From contig CAWFAK010000012.1 in the NCBI GenBank assembly GCA_963813715.1, forward strand, positions 32,001 to 96,000: a DNA stretch of 64,000 nt, given 5' to 3'. The number at the start of each line of letters is the position of its first letter. Positions within the stretch are counted from its first letter, which is position 1. Under the pieces are notes generated by a model. The model made no database searches and was not told the origin of the DNA. It was given only the letters and a program-made list of their open reading frames with translations. Below, in pieces: positions 1-10,409 of this stretch. This DNA is from an uncultured Planctomycetaceae bacterium. Its GTDB lineage: Bacteria; Planctomycetota; Planctomycetia; Planctomycetales; Planctomycetaceae. The position numbers were made by a program, and so were the translations under genes.

Positions 1-837
1 CTGACCGGCGGCGTTGGTCGCCTTTCGCGGCAGCTCGACCGGCGAGAGAGCGTATTCAGCCAGCGCGTCCATCAGCTCCGGAACGCCGACGCCAGATTTG
101 AAGCTGGTGAAAAACACGGGGATCAGCGTTCCGGCCGCGACGGCTTTTGACAGCCCGCTGGAAATCTCCTGCGGCGTGAGCTGCTCCCCTTCGAGGTAGC
201 GCTCCATTAGCGACTCGTCCGCCTCGACGATGGCGTCCATCATCGGCTGGTTCCATTCCTTCGGATCGGCGACGGCGCCGGCCGGCACGCTGGCGGGAAC
301 GTTGAGCGTGCTGACCACGGCGCTAAAGCCCGAGCCCAGGCCGACGGGCAGATTCATCGGCACGCAGGCGGTGCCGAAGGTTTCCTGGAGCGAGTCGAGA
401 ATCCGCTCGAAGTTGAGGTTATCGAGATCGCACTTGTTCACGACGACCATCCGGCCGAGCCCCTCTTGCCCGGCCAGATTGAACGTCCGCCGCGTGTTGA
501 CTTCGATGCCCGCCGAGGCACTGAGGACCACGACCGCCGTCTCGACGGCCCGCAGCGCGCCGATCGCCTGGCCGATGAAGTCGGGATAGCCGGGCGTGTC
601 GATGACGTTGATGTATTTCCCGGCGTGGGAGAAATGGACGACCGTCGATGTGATCGAATGCTTGTGGTGCTTGGCCTCTTCATCGGTGTCGAGCAGGCTC
701 GAGCCGTCATCGACTGACCCGGCCCGCGTGGCAGCCCCCGATTTGAACAACAGCAGGTCGGCCAGCGTCGTCTTTCCGACAGCCCCGTGACCGATCAATG
801 CCACGTTGCGGATGTCCGCGGCTTGGTGTTTGGCCAT
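1..837 (-). CDS. fusA: Elongation factor G-like GTPase (EF-G paralog), 5' part; runs off the window edge
   Basis: Manual translation from ATG at 837: MAKHQAADIRNVALIGHGAVGKTTL...INVIDTPGYPDF...VVNKCD, giving G1, G3 and G4 motifs. The divergent G1 suggests an EF-G2-type paralog. Not in the ORF track because there is no stop in the window. Confidence 0.85.
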   Translation of the reverse strand, partial: MAKHQAADIRNVALIGHGAVGKTTLADLLLFKSGAATRAGSVDDGSSLLDTDEEAKHHKHSITSTVVHFSHAGKYINVIDTPGYPDFIGQAIGALRAVETAVVVLSASAGIEVNTRRTFNLAGQEGLGRMVVVNKCDLDNLNFERILDSLQETFGTACVPMNLPVGLGSGFSAVVSTLNVPASVPAGAVADPKEWNQPMMDAIVEADESLMERYLEGEQLTPQEISSGLSKAVAAGTLIPVFFTSFKSGVGVPELMDALAEYALSPVELPRKATNAAGQ

Positions 838-1308
838 AAGCGCTTGATTCCTGGCTGATGTGAGGTCCACGACGGACAAAAAATAAAGACTCTGCGAAGG
901 GACAGAGCCGCAATCTTAACAGTGCCCCAACAGCCACTCAAAGCGTGCGCTTTCCGGAAAGTTTTGAATTTCAGCGGCCCCCAGCGGGCGCCGTCGCAGC
1001 CTGTCGCGCTGCCCCGCGCGGGGAGAACGCAATTTGCAGATCTTGCGCGTGTGTGGCGGAGGTCGACAAAGGTTGAGGAGATTCGACGAAATGAGTTCAG
1101 ACAACAGCGAACTCCGGCCACGCGACTGCGAGCAAGAACCCGCAGACAAAAAGACGTAGACCGAAACACGAAGACAAAAAGGTACCGCTTACTGCGTGCG
1201 CGGCTCTTAAGAGTCTGAACCGGCGCTTAAAAACCCCCAGGGGGCGGGGTACAATGCAGGGTTGACGATCCTGCCTGCCCATTCGCCCTCGAGAGGGGTC
1301 CCGCCCGC

Positions 1309-4308
1309 ATGGTCCGTTTCGCGCTTTTCCGGTCCATTTGCCTGTTTTCCCCCGTCTGCTGCCTTTGCGGCGTCGCGTCAGTCTCCGTTGCCCACGCCGC
1401 TGGTAATTCGGCTGCCCCGAAGTCGATTCGGGCAGGGGCTGCGGTCTCCGTCTCCTTTGATGACGCCGATCGCCTCGGGGCCGTCGCCGTGAAGGGCGTG
1501 GCCGAACCGTTTTCGGCGAAGCTCGTCGGCAACCCGAGCCGCGTGCCGAGCCCGTTTTGGAACCAGGCCGGGCACAGCGCCCTGCGGTTCGACGCGGCCA
1601 AACGGCAGTCGGTGCGGTTAATCGACATCCCCTATACCAGCCGCCCCGACGCCGTCACGCTCAGCTTCTTCTTTCTCAGCTTGCACCCGCAGACGGACGC
1701 CGCGCCCCACGGGATTTTGGCCAAGCGATCGCTGGGGCCGCGCGGCACGAACTACGGCATCAACTACGTCCCCGCCAGCGACATCTTCCAGCTGTACGTC
1801 AACGACGGCAGCGGCTTTCGCGTCGCCAGCTACAGCGCCCAGAAAGTTTTGGGCACGCGACGGCTCGTGCACCTGACGGCCACGCTCGAAGTCGACGACC
1901 AGTCGGCCACCGGCAACGATCCCGACCTCGCCGACGTGCGAGCCCGGCTGTTCGTCAACGGCGAGCCGGCCCTGCCGAAGTCCGTCGTCGGTCCCGGGCG
2001 CATCCACAATCGGGACGTCTGGTTCAGCCAGGTGAACACGGCCGGCCTGCTCACCGACGCTCCGCTGACGTTGGGCTGCAGCACGCCCGAGATGGAGTAC
2101 ACGAGCGGCGTGATCGACGAGTTCCTGCTCTTCACGCGGGCGCTGTCCGCTTCGGAAGTCAGCCAACTCTTCCTGGAAATGGCCGGGCCGCACGGCCCCG
2201 AATTGGCCCGCCGCGAGCTGCAGCCGGTCAGGCCGATCGCCGAGCCGCCGGCAATCGCATCGCTCTCGCAGTTCGGTCTGCAGATCGGCCAAACGACGCG
2301 GCTGAGCATCAACGGCGCTCGGCTCGCCGGCAAGCCGCGGATCGATCTGCCGATTCCCGGCGTCAAGCAGACGCTCGTCAAAGGCTCGACCCCGAGTCAC
2401 TTGATGGTCGACATCACCGTGCCGGCCGACGCGCCGCCGGGAATCTATCCGCTCACCGTCTTTACGGCGGGGGGCGTGAGCAACCCGATGGGCATTGCGC
2501 TCGACGGGCTGGCCCAATGGCTGGTCGGCGACAGCACCGAGGATCGGCCCACGTCGCTGCCGGCCGCCTTTTCCGGGCTGATCAGCGGCCCCGGCCAGAG
2601 CCGCGTTTTCTTCCGCGGGCACGCCCACGATCGGCTGGTGGCCGAGGTCGAGGCGCGGCGGATCGGCTCGCGGCTCGACCCCGTGCTGGAACTGAAAACC
2701 GTCTCCGGCTCGACGATCGCCATCGAGTGGGGCAAGGCCTTCTTGCGGGGCGACGCGCGGGCCGAGTTGACGCTGCCGGCCGACGGCAGTTACGTGGTCG
2801 AGCTGCACGACCTGGCGTACAACGCACCGGCCGACAGCCCGTTTCGGTTGCTGCTGGGCGACTTCCGCTCGGTCGACTCGTACTATCCGCCGGTGATCCC
2901 CCGCGGGGCCGATTGGCCGGTCGAGCTGGTGGGCGCAGGCATTCCGCCGGGAACGATGGCCGACGCGAACCTCAAGCACGACGCGGCGGGACTGGCCAAG
3001 CTGCTGCCGCTGCCGCGCGAGCTGCACGCCTCGGGCCCGCTGCCGCCGTTGGGCATCAGCGACGGCATCGAAGTCTTGGAAGTGCCGCAACCGACCGAGC
3101 AACTACAAATGATCGACGCGCGGTTTGCCGACAAACGGCACGAGTCGGTGGCGGTCAACGGCCGGCTGGTGAAAGAAGGCGAGATCGACCGCTATCTGCT
3201 GGCAGTCACCCCCGGCATGCCGCTCACGCTCGCGCTCGACGGCCGCTCGCTCAACTCGCCGGTCGAGGGAGAAATTTCGATCTACGCGCATCCGGACGGG
3301 CGACAGCTCGGCGGCGACGGCGGCACGCCGGGAGCGGCCGCCAAGGGCTTCCAGTTCGCGGTGCCGGCCGACGTCTCTTCGATCGAAGTGGCCGTTCGCG
3401 ATCTGACCGGTCGCGGCGGACGTCACTTCGTCTATCGGCTCCGCATTTCACCGGCGACCGCGCCCGACTTTTCACTGGCCCTGTTGACGACGCAGGTCAA
3501 CATTCCGCAGAACGGCCGCACCATGGTCCGCCTGCAAGTCGACCGCCGCGGCTACGCCGGACCGATCAAGCTCCGCGCGGAAGGGACGGGAGCGGCCGGA
3601 GGCGCGGTCACCATCGCGCCGGCAGAGCTGCCAGCCGACGGCCAAAACCGCACGCTGTTCGTCACGTTCACCTCGAAGGAATCGCAGACCGACGCGGCCG
3701 TGCGGGGACTGCGAATCGTCGGCGAATCGGTCGGGATCAGTCCGGCGATCCGTCGGGCTGCCGTGATCCAAGTTCCCAACCAGGCCGAGCTGTCCGGCTT
3801 CCTCGACCGGGTTCCGGTTGGCGCGCTGGCAGCCTCGCCGCTGGCGGTCGATCTGGCCGCGTTGCCCCGCGAAGTTTACAAGGGCACCCAGGTCGTCTGG
3901 CCCATCGTGCTGACGGCCGCCAGCAAGAAGGCGGTGGGCATCGACCCGGACGCCTGGGTGCGGCTGTCCCTGGTGTCGACGGAAACGGGCCGCCCGGTCG
4001 CGCCCAACAAGCCGCGGTTGAAGCCGCTCGTCGCCGCCCTGCCCGACCAGGCCATGCCGCTGGCCTCGGCCAAAGGCACGCTGAGAGTCGCCGTCCCGGC
4101 TGACGTCGTCGAGCCGACGATCGAATTCGTCGTCAAAGCCGACGTGGTGCGCCACCCGTACGCCGCCGGCGTCCTGGCCACGACCTACTCCGAGCCGTTC
4201 CAGGTCGCGGTGAAAGACAAGCCGGCCCCCGCCCCGCCCGCGGCCAAACCCGCTACTGCCAAAGCCGCGGAAACCAAACCGGCTGCGGCGAAGAAGAAGG
4301 CGGGTTAA
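1309..4308 (+). CDS. Secreted protein with N-terminal LamG/concanavalin-like domain and PPC-like (pre-peptidase C-terminal) repeats
   Basis: 999-aa ORF with a signal-like N-terminus, a LamG-type ending (GVIDEFLLFTRALSASEV) and planctomycete PPC-like repeats (EVEARRIGSRLDPVLEL, LPADGSYVVELHDLAY, GEIDRY, YRLRI). Confidence 0.7.
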   Translation: MVRFALFRSICLFSPVCCLCGVASVSVAHAAGNSAAPKSIRAGAAVSVSFDDADRLGAVAVKGVAEPFSAKLVGNPSRVPSPFWNQAGHSALRFDAAKRQSVRLIDIPYTSRPDAVTLSFFFLSLHPQTDAAPHGILAKRSLGPRGTNYGINYVPASDIFQLYVNDGSGFRVASYSAQKVLGTRRLVHLTATLEVDDQSATGNDPDLADVRARLFVNGEPALPKSVVGPGRIHNRDVWFSQVNTAGLLTDAPLTLGCSTPEMEYTSGVIDEFLLFTRALSASEVSQLFLEMAGPHGPELARRELQPVRPIAEPPAIASLSQFGLQIGQTTRLSINGARLAGKPRIDLPIPGVKQTLVKGSTPSHLMVDITVPADAPPGIYPLTVFTAGGVSNPMGIALDGLAQWLVGDSTEDRPTSLPAAFSGLISGPGQSRVFFRGHAHDRLVAEVEARRIGSRLDPVLELKTVSGSTIAIEWGKAFLRGDARAELTLPADGSYVVELHDLAYNAPADSPFRLLLGDFRSVDSYYPPVIPRGADWPVELVGAGIPPGTMADANLKHDAAGLAKLLPLPRELHASGPLPPLGISDGIEVLEVPQPTEQLQMIDARFADKRHESVAVNGRLVKEGEIDRYLLAVTPGMPLTLALDGRSLNSPVEGEISIYAHPDGRQLGGDGGTPGAAAKGFQFAVPADVSSIEVAVRDLTGRGGRHFVYRLRISPATAPDFSLALLTTQVNIPQNGRTMVRLQVDRRGYAGPIKLRAEGTGAAGGAVTIAPAELPADGQNRTLFVTFTSKESQTDAAVRGLRIVGESVGISPAIRRAAVIQVPNQAELSGFLDRVPVGALAASPLAVDLAALPREVYKGTQVVWPIVLTAASKKAVGIDPDAWVRLSLVSTETGRPVAPNKPRLKPLVAALPDQAMPLASAKGTLRVAVPADVVEPTIEFVVKADVVRHPYAAGVLATTYSEPFQVAVKDKPAPAPPAAKPATAKAAETKPAAAKKKAG

Positions 4309-4570
4309 CGGTCGGCCGCGCGGTCGGCATCATCATTCTGCGCGACATCTTCGTCGCCTTCGACATCTGCTGCGACCGGGCGCCGGTCGGCGCAGACGCT
4401 TCCAACCTCTGAAGCCGCGTGCGGTCTCGCCGTTCCGGCCTTCTTTGCGGGGCACATCAAGCAACCGCAATGCGGAGGTGCTTGGGAACCGAAGAAAGAA
4501 GAGTCGGGTTGCCGTTGGCAGCCCTGCGTTCGCTGATTCCCCAGCCCGCGAAATTCCCGGAGCGAGACCG

Positions 4571-5608
4571 ATGAGGCGTCTGACCCCCGCCGGGGTGAGC
4601 ACGATGATGGTGGTCGTCGTCGGCCTGTTGGTGACGGCCTACTTCGCCAAGTTGATGCGGGCGGAAGACTCCCGCGGCCCAGGCTCTCCCTCGGCTTCAA
4701 CTGTCGAGTTCCGCACCGTGCCCACAGCGGCCGGTCCGCTCGAGCCGGGAACGGTGATCACGAGCGCCCACCTTTCGACGGCCCGCGTCCGCGTCGACGG
4801 CCTCGCGCCCGACGTTCTGCTGCAGGAGCAGAGTGTGCTGGGCCGTACCGTGAAGCAACGGATCGCGGCCGGGTCGTCCCTGCGTGCGAGCCAGCTTTAC
4901 CCGCCGGGCGAAGGTCCGCAGCCAGTCGTCGCGCGGGGCATGCGGGCCGTTTCGATCCCCGTGCCGCGGGGCCTCGCCACGATGAACGGGCTGGTCAAAG
5001 CGGGCCAATACGTCGACGTCTACCTGACGCCGCGGGCCGACGCCGGCGGCGATTCGCGCTTCCGCAACGGCCTGACGCTGACCCTGTTTCGCGGCGTGCG
5101 GTTGCTGTCGGTGGCGCCCGACGCCACGGCGGACGAGGCATCGAGCGCGGTGACGCTCGAGCTGACGCCCGAGCAGGCGACCGTGCTGATCCTGGCCCGC
5201 GAAAAAGGGAGCCTCGCCCTCAGCTACAACCCGGAAGGAAAAGGCGAGAGCGGCGTCGCGCTCAAGAATCGCGATCGGGCCACGCTCGACGAAATCCTGG
5301 GGGTGACTCCGTCCGCCGTCCCGAACCCCCCGGAAGCGTCCGCCACCGGCCATCCGCAACCGACGGCCACCATCACCACCGAAGTCTTCAAAGGGACCGC
5401 CCGCTCGACGCGGCAGTTCGACGTCACCACCAAAGTCGACGCGACCCCCGCGACCGCGACGCCGACCAACACGTGGAGCAACGCGCCCCTCTGGACGCGA
5501 AAAACGCCCGCGCCACGGATGCCAAATCGAAAAGTGCCGAATCCAGACCGGTCGAATCGAGATCCGGAACGCATGGTCATCCTCCCCGATCACGCGAGCA
5601 TCAACTAA
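4571..5608 (+). CDS. cpaB: Flp pilus assembly protein CpaB/RcpC
   Basis: N-terminal TM helix, SAF-like segment (LEPGTVIT...VLGRTVK) and RcpC motif (GMRAVSIPV...GLVKAGQYVDV...VTLELTPEQA). Precedes cpaF. Confidence 0.8.
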   Translation: MRRLTPAGVSTMMVVVVGLLVTAYFAKLMRAEDSRGPGSPSASTVEFRTVPTAAGPLEPGTVITSAHLSTARVRVDGLAPDVLLQEQSVLGRTVKQRIAAGSSLRASQLYPPGEGPQPVVARGMRAVSIPVPRGLATMNGLVKAGQYVDVYLTPRADAGGDSRFRNGLTLTLFRGVRLLSVAPDATADEASSAVTLELTPEQATVLILAREKGSLALSYNPEGKGESGVALKNRDRATLDEILGVTPSAVPNPPEASATGHPQPTATITTEVFKGTARSTRQFDVTTKVDATPATATPTNTWSNAPLWTRKTPAPRMPNRKVPNPDRSNRDPERMVILPDHASIN

Positions 5609-5642
5609 TCCGCCATTTTGTTCTCGAAGGCCACTCACACCC

Positions 5643-7001
5643 ATGATCGGTTTTGGTCCGCGCGTGCGAATCGACGACCCCAAATCGTTCCAGAAACTCA
5701 AAACAGTGCTCGAGCGCCGCGTCGTTGAGGCAATCGACCTGTCCCGCGTGCCGGCAATGGCCGAGGGCGCGCTCCGCGAGCAGGTTAAAGCCCTCGCCAC
5801 GCACGTGTGCGCGTCCGAATCGCTCGGCCTGCCCGACGAGCTCCGCGAGCCGATGGTCCGCGAGATCCTCGACGAAATCTACGGCTACGGCCCGCTGGCG
5901 GGGCTGATGAATGACCCGTCGGTGAGCGACATCCTGGTGAATGGGCCGGACGACGTCAGCGTCGAGCGCGACGGCGTGCTCGAAGAAACCGACGTCCGTT
6001 TCGCCGACGAAGCCCATCTGCTGCAACTGATCGAGCGGCTCGTGCGGCGGGCCGGTCGGCGGATTAGCGAGCGCTCGCCCGTCGTCGAAGCGCGGCTTCC
6101 CGACGGCAGCCTGCTCAACGCCATCATCATGCCGCTGGCGTTCCGCGGTCCCATGCTGTCGCTGCGCCGCTCGGCGCGAAGTGCCTGCGGCTCGAGGACC
6201 TGTTGCGGCGCGGCTACGCTCGCGCCCGAAATGGCCGACTTCCTCGCCGCGGCGGTCGGCGGCCGGCTCAGCGTGCTGATTTCCGGCGGCGCCGGGGCGG
6301 GCAAGACGACCCTGTTGGGCAGCCTGGCGCGGCTGATTCCGGAACGCGAACGGATTGTCACGATCGAAGAGACGGCTGAGCTGAATCTGGAGCGGTCGGG
6401 CGTCGTTTCGCTCGAGACGCGCCCGGCCGGTGCAAACAGCGGCAACGGCGCGACTTCGCGAGTCCCCGTCACGCTCCGGGAAATTCTGCGGAGCGGACTG
6501 CGGATGCAGCCCGACCGGCTGATCATCGGCGAAGCGCGGGGCAGCGAAGTCGTCGACCTCCTGCACGCGATGAGCACCGGGCACGCCGGCTCGATGATCA
6601 CGGTGAACGCGATCGGCACGCGGGACGCGCTCGAACGCATTGAGCTGATGACGGTCGGCACGGGCTTCCAGCCCCTGCTCACCGGCTTGCAGCACCAAAT
6701 TGCCGCCGCCTTCCAGATCCTGGTGCACGTCAACCGCCTTCCCACCGGTGAGCGGAAAGTCGTGCGAATCGCCGAGCTGTGCGGCTACTTCGACGGCAGC
6801 TACGTGCTCGAAGACATTTTCGTTTACCGCGCGGCGGGGACCGACGACGCCGGCCACGCGCTGGGCACGTTCTACGCCACGGGTTACGAGCCGGTGTGCG
6901 TGCCGCAACTGGCCTCGCTCGGCCACGCGTTTGACGGCGAGCTCTTCGCCCCCCGCGAGTTGAGCGCCGCCGGCCCGACGCGCGTTCCCGTTCACAACTA
7001 G
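5643..7001 (+). CDS. cpaF: CpaF/TadA pilus assembly ATPase
   Basis: GYGPL...DPSVSDILVNG, Walker A GGAGAGKTT, TIEETAEL, LRMQPDRLIIGEARG. A short compensating double frameshift is likely near 6170-6220, where the alternative frame reads KCLRLEDLLRRG. Confidence 0.9.
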   Translation: MIGFGPRVRIDDPKSFQKLKTVLERRVVEAIDLSRVPAMAEGALREQVKALATHVCASESLGLPDELREPMVREILDEIYGYGPLAGLMNDPSVSDILVNGPDDVSVERDGVLEETDVRFADEAHLLQLIERLVRRAGRRISERSPVVEARLPDGSLLNAIIMPLAFRGPMLSLRRSARSACGSRTCCGAATLAPEMADFLAAAVGGRLSVLISGGAGAGKTTLLGSLARLIPERERIVTIEETAELNLERSGVVSLETRPAGANSGNGATSRVPVTLREILRSGLRMQPDRLIIGEARGSEVVDLLHAMSTGHAGSMITVNAIGTRDALERIELMTVGTGFQPLLTGLQHQIAAAFQILVHVNRLPTGERKVVRIAELCGYFDGSYVLEDIFVYRAAGTDDAGHALGTFYATGYEPVCVPQLASLGHAFDGELFAPRELSAAGPTRVPVHN

Positions 7002-7011
7002 AAACAATTCT

Positions 7012-7040
7012 GGGTGGCACTGGCGGCTCGCCCGCCAGTG
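7012..7040 (+). repeat. REP-like palindrome (GGGTGG followed by a CACTGGCGG/CCGCCAGTG hairpin)
   Basis: gggtgg-cactggcgg-ctcgc-ccgccagtg in the cpaF-tadB gap. Same GTGG-plus-hairpin layout as the element at 58463/59869. Confidence 0.5.
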
Positions 7041-7079
7041 TCTTGGCACGTGCGACATCACGAAGGTTCCTGAAGCGTC

Positions 7080-7965
7080 ATGACGTCGAGTAGCACCGTC
7101 TCCGAGCTTCGCATCGAGCCGCAGCCGGAATTCGCCCAAATCCTGCGGGACGAGCCATTCGCTGCGCCGAGCAATCCCGCGCAGCGCACGGCCAAGTCGA
7201 TAGCGGCGAACGGATCAATCGGGCCTTTGACCGCTTGCTCGTACAGTCCGGAACGCGTCTGTCGGGCGGCGTCGTGCTTCGGCTCTGTCTGCTGACGGCG
7301 GTCGCGGCCGGCGGTGCGGTCTTCGTCGTCTCGGAGAACCTCCTGGCAACGGCGGTGGCAACTAGTGTTGGGGCGATCGTCCCGGTGGCGGCGCTAGCGA
7401 TTCGCCGGGCGCGGCGGCGGTCCCGCCTGGCTGAGCAATTTGCCACGCTTGGCGAACAGATTCTCCGCGCCACGCGTGTCGGAAGTCGATTGGAACCGAG
7501 CCTGGAACAGGTCGCCACTCGCATCGAGGCGCCGCTGGGCGACGAGTTGCGCTTGGCATTGCGGCGCCGGCAACTGGGCATGGCGCTCGCCGAGGCGCTC
7601 GCTGAACTGCCGGGCGCACGGGGCTGTCCGAGGCACAGGTCTTGGTGACCGCGCTGCGGCTTGCCGAGCGGCGGGGCGGAGACCTCGCCCCCGCCTTGGA
7701 GACATTCGCCGAGTCGCTCCGCAATCGGGCCCGGCAAGCCCGCGGCCAGCGGGACGAGACGATTGCCGACTGGGCCTCGGGCGTGCTGGTCTTCTTGTTG
7801 CAAGCGCTCGTGGTCTGGCTCTTCGTGATGGCCGATCCGCAACAACTCGCACGCCTGGCCGATTCGCGCTCGAGCCTCGCGCTGACGGCAGCCGCTGGGG
7901 CCATCCTGATCGCTGGCTGGTACTGCGTCCTGCGTCTGTCGGCCAACCGCCGGAGCGCGACATGA
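7080..7965 (+). CDS. tadB: TadB-like type II secretion system F family membrane protein (frameshifted)
   Basis: Pieces 7080-7295, 7235-7648 and 7642-7965 join into a T2SSF protein (EQFATLGEQILRATRVG...LGDEL...GGDLAPALETFAESLR). Confidence 0.7.
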
Positions 7966-8693
7966 TTCGACCCGTCGAGCCACCCGACGCACCACTGTCG
8001 CCGCCCGCGCGCCTCGGCCGCGCGGTCTGGAGCCCGTCGGACACGCTCGAACGGCTGTCCGATCAGCCGAATGAAAAGCTGAAATTGGCAGCGGTCGGCC
8101 GCGAAGATTCGACGCTCGCCCACGTCACCCACTGCCTGGCCGAGGCCCTGCCGGAGACCGACGCGCGGATCACCCGAATCCAAGCCACGCTGCGACGAGC
8201 CGGGCAGTACGAACCGCTCGCCTATCAGAAATTGGCCGCAGTTCGTTACGTCGGCATGCTGGCGTCGCTTGTCGTGTTTGGCACACTGACAATCATCGCC
8301 TCGCCAGCAGCAGAGCCTTGGTGCGTGGCGGGCCTGTCACTTGGCATGCTGACCAGTTGGCGGCTACCGCTCTGGCGACTCCAGTGGCGGGCAGCGCGAC
8401 GGATCGACGCGATCGAACGGGCCCTTCCCGACTTCACCGATCTGATAGCGGTCTGCCTGGGCCAAGGCTTGTCCGTGCAGTCCACGCTCGAAACGGCCGG
8501 TCGCGAGCTATCGCCGATTCATCCCGAACTCGCCGACGAACTGGTCATCGTCTGCCGCCAGGCCGAACTCGGCTCAGTCGAGTCGGCTCTCGAAGACTTT
8601 GAGACGCGGATCGATCTGCCGGAAATCCGCGCGCTCGTCACGCGTCTCATGGCCGCCGACTTGGACACTACGGAAAGCACGAAGCACAACTGA
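7962..8693 (+). CDS. tadC: TadC-like type II secretion system F family protein (appears C-terminally short)
   Basis: ATGA overlap with tadB; IERALPDFTDLIAVCLGQGLSV...ELADEL...ALEDFETRIDLPEIRALV. Confidence 0.7.
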   Translation: MIRPVEPPDAPLSPPARLGRAVWSPSDTLERLSDQPNEKLKLAAVGREDSTLAHVTHCLAEALPETDARITRIQATLRRAGQYEPLAYQKLAAVRYVGMLASLVVFGTLTIIASPAAEPWCVAGLSLGMLTSWRLPLWRLQWRAARRIDAIERALPDFTDLIAVCLGQGLSVQSTLETAGRELSPIHPELADELVIVCRQAELGSVESALEDFETRIDLPEIRALVTRLMAADLDTTESTKHN

Positions 8694-8699
8694 CGAAAC

Positions 8700-8785
8700 A
8701 GACCCGAAGCACGAACAAAAACTCATTCGGGCTTCGGTCATTTGAACATTCTTTCGTCATTCGGGCTCGAGTCATTCGAGCCCTG
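8700..8785. repeat. Low-complexity intergenic repeat (TCATTCG units) between convergent genes
   Basis: Repeated ctcattcggg / gtcatttg / gtcattcggg / gtcattcgag. Confidence 0.45.
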
Positions 8786-8786
8786 G

Positions 8787-10409
8787 TCACTCGTGCGGCT
8801 TCCCATCCCGCAGCATCTCAGTCGCCGCGTTCTTGCCGCAGGCGCCGATCACGCCGCCGCCCGGGTGGGCCGCGCTGCCGCACAAGTACAGTCCCGCGAG
8901 CGGCGTGCGGTAATCGCTGTAGCCGGCCACCGGTCGCAAGTTGAAAAGTTGGTGCAGCGGCATGGCTCCCTGGAAGATGTTGCCGCCGGTGAGGCCGAAG
9001 ATCCGCTCGAGGTCGAGCGGGCTCAGCACTTGGCGATGGACGATCGAGGCGGGAACGTTGGGCGCGTGCCGGGCGATTTCGGCGATGCAGCGGTCGGCGA
9101 ATTCTTCCTTGATTTCGTCCCACGTCCCCGAGGCCAGCTTGTAGGGCGCGTATTGCACGAAGAGCGAGAGGATATGGTGGCCGGGGGGCGCGATGGTGCG
9201 ATCGACCGACGTCGGAATGGTCATCTCGACGATTGGCCGCTGCGAAGGCTGGCCGTACTTGGCGTCGTCGTAGGCCCGTTCGAGGTGCTCGAGCGTGCAG
9301 CCGATGTGGATCGTCCCCCGATGCTGCGGGCCGACCTCGCCGTTGCCGGGCAGGCAGGTGAAGTTTGGCAGCTCGCGGACGGCCAGATTGATCTTCATGC
9401 TGGCGCTCGAGTAGTCGATCCGCTTCACGGCCTCCAAAAATGGGGCCGGCAGCAGGGCCGGATCGAGGAGCCGCTCGAACGTGAGGTGCGCGTCGACATT
9501 CGAGGCGACGCGGCGGGCCGTGAAATGTCGACCGTCGAGCAGCCCGACGCCGACCGCTTTCCCCGCCTCGACATCGATCTTCGCGACCGGCGCATCGGTG
9601 AGAATCTCGACGCCGCGCTGCCGAGCGGCGGCGGCCAGTGCGTTCGAGAGCGCGCCCATCCCCCCTTCGACGTAGCCCCACACGCCGCGGGCTCCCCCGG
9701 AGGAGCCCATCACATGATGCAAGAGCACGTAGGAGGTGCCCGGCGCGGAGATCGGTTGGAACGTGCCGATGATGGCGTCGGTGGCGAGCGTCGCTTTGAG
9801 TGCGTCCGACTCGAACCAGCGGTCGAGGATCGTGCGGCCCGAGCCGACCAACAGCTCGATCGCTTCCGGCAAGCGGTCACCCAACTGTTTGAATGCGCGA
9901 TAAACGCCCAGCGCCTGCCGAGCGTCGCGAATTCGCTTGCCCAGGCCGATCGACCGCCACGCCGCGGGCAACGGCAGCAAATCCGGCGGCGTGGCGCTGA
10001 GCACGGGCTCCAAACAGTCGGCCACGCGGGTCAGCAGCTCTTCGTAGCGTGGATAGGCCTCGGCATCCCGAGGGGAGAACTTGCCGATCTCCCGGCGATT
10101 GAGTTCGGGATCGCTGCCCATCATCAAGTAGCGACCGTCGTCCAGCGGTGTGAACGACGAGGGCGACCGCTTGAGGACGCGATAGCCGTGCCGCGCGAGT
10201 TCCAGGTCGCGTTCGATCTCCGGCAACAAGAGCGAGACGACGTACGACGCGGTCGAGACTTTGTAGCCGGGCCACGGCTCCTCGGTCACGCACGCACCGC
10301 CGACGACGGATCGCCGCTCGAGGACCAGCACCTTCCAGCCGGCCTGCGCGAGATAATTGGCGCACACAAGGCCGTTGTGCCCGGCTCCGATCACGATGCA
10401 GTCGTACAT
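8787..10409 (-). CDS. Phytoene dehydrogenase-like NAD(P)/FAD-dependent oxidoreductase
   Basis: YDCIVIGAGHNGLVCANYLA...LERRSVVGGAC and C-terminal GLYLCGSAAHPGGGV. Confidence 0.85.
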   Translation of the reverse strand: MYDCIVIGAGHNGLVCANYLAQAGWKVLVLERRSVVGGACVTEEPWPGYKVSTASYVVSLLLPEIERDLELARHGYRVLKRSPSSFTPLDDGRYLMMGSDPELNRREIGKFSPRDAEAYPRYEELLTRVADCLEPVLSATPPDLLPLPAAWRSIGLGKRIRDARQALGVYRAFKQLGDRLPEAIELLVGSGRTILDRWFESDALKATLATDAIIGTFQPISAPGTSYVLLHHVMGSSGGARGVWGYVEGGMGALSNALAAAARQRGVEILTDAPVAKIDVEAGKAVGVGLLDGRHFTARRVASNVDAHLTFERLLDPALLPAPFLEAVKRIDYSSASMKINLAVRELPNFTCLPGNGEVGPQHRGTIHIGCTLEHLERAYDDAKYGQPSQRPIVEMTIPTSVDRTIAPPGHHILSLFVQYAPYKLASGTWDEIKEEFADRCIAEIARHAPNVPASIVHRQVLSPLDLERIFGLTGGNIFQGAMPLHQLFNLRPVAGYSDYRTPLAGLYLCGSAAHPGGGVIGACGKNAATEMLRDGKPHE

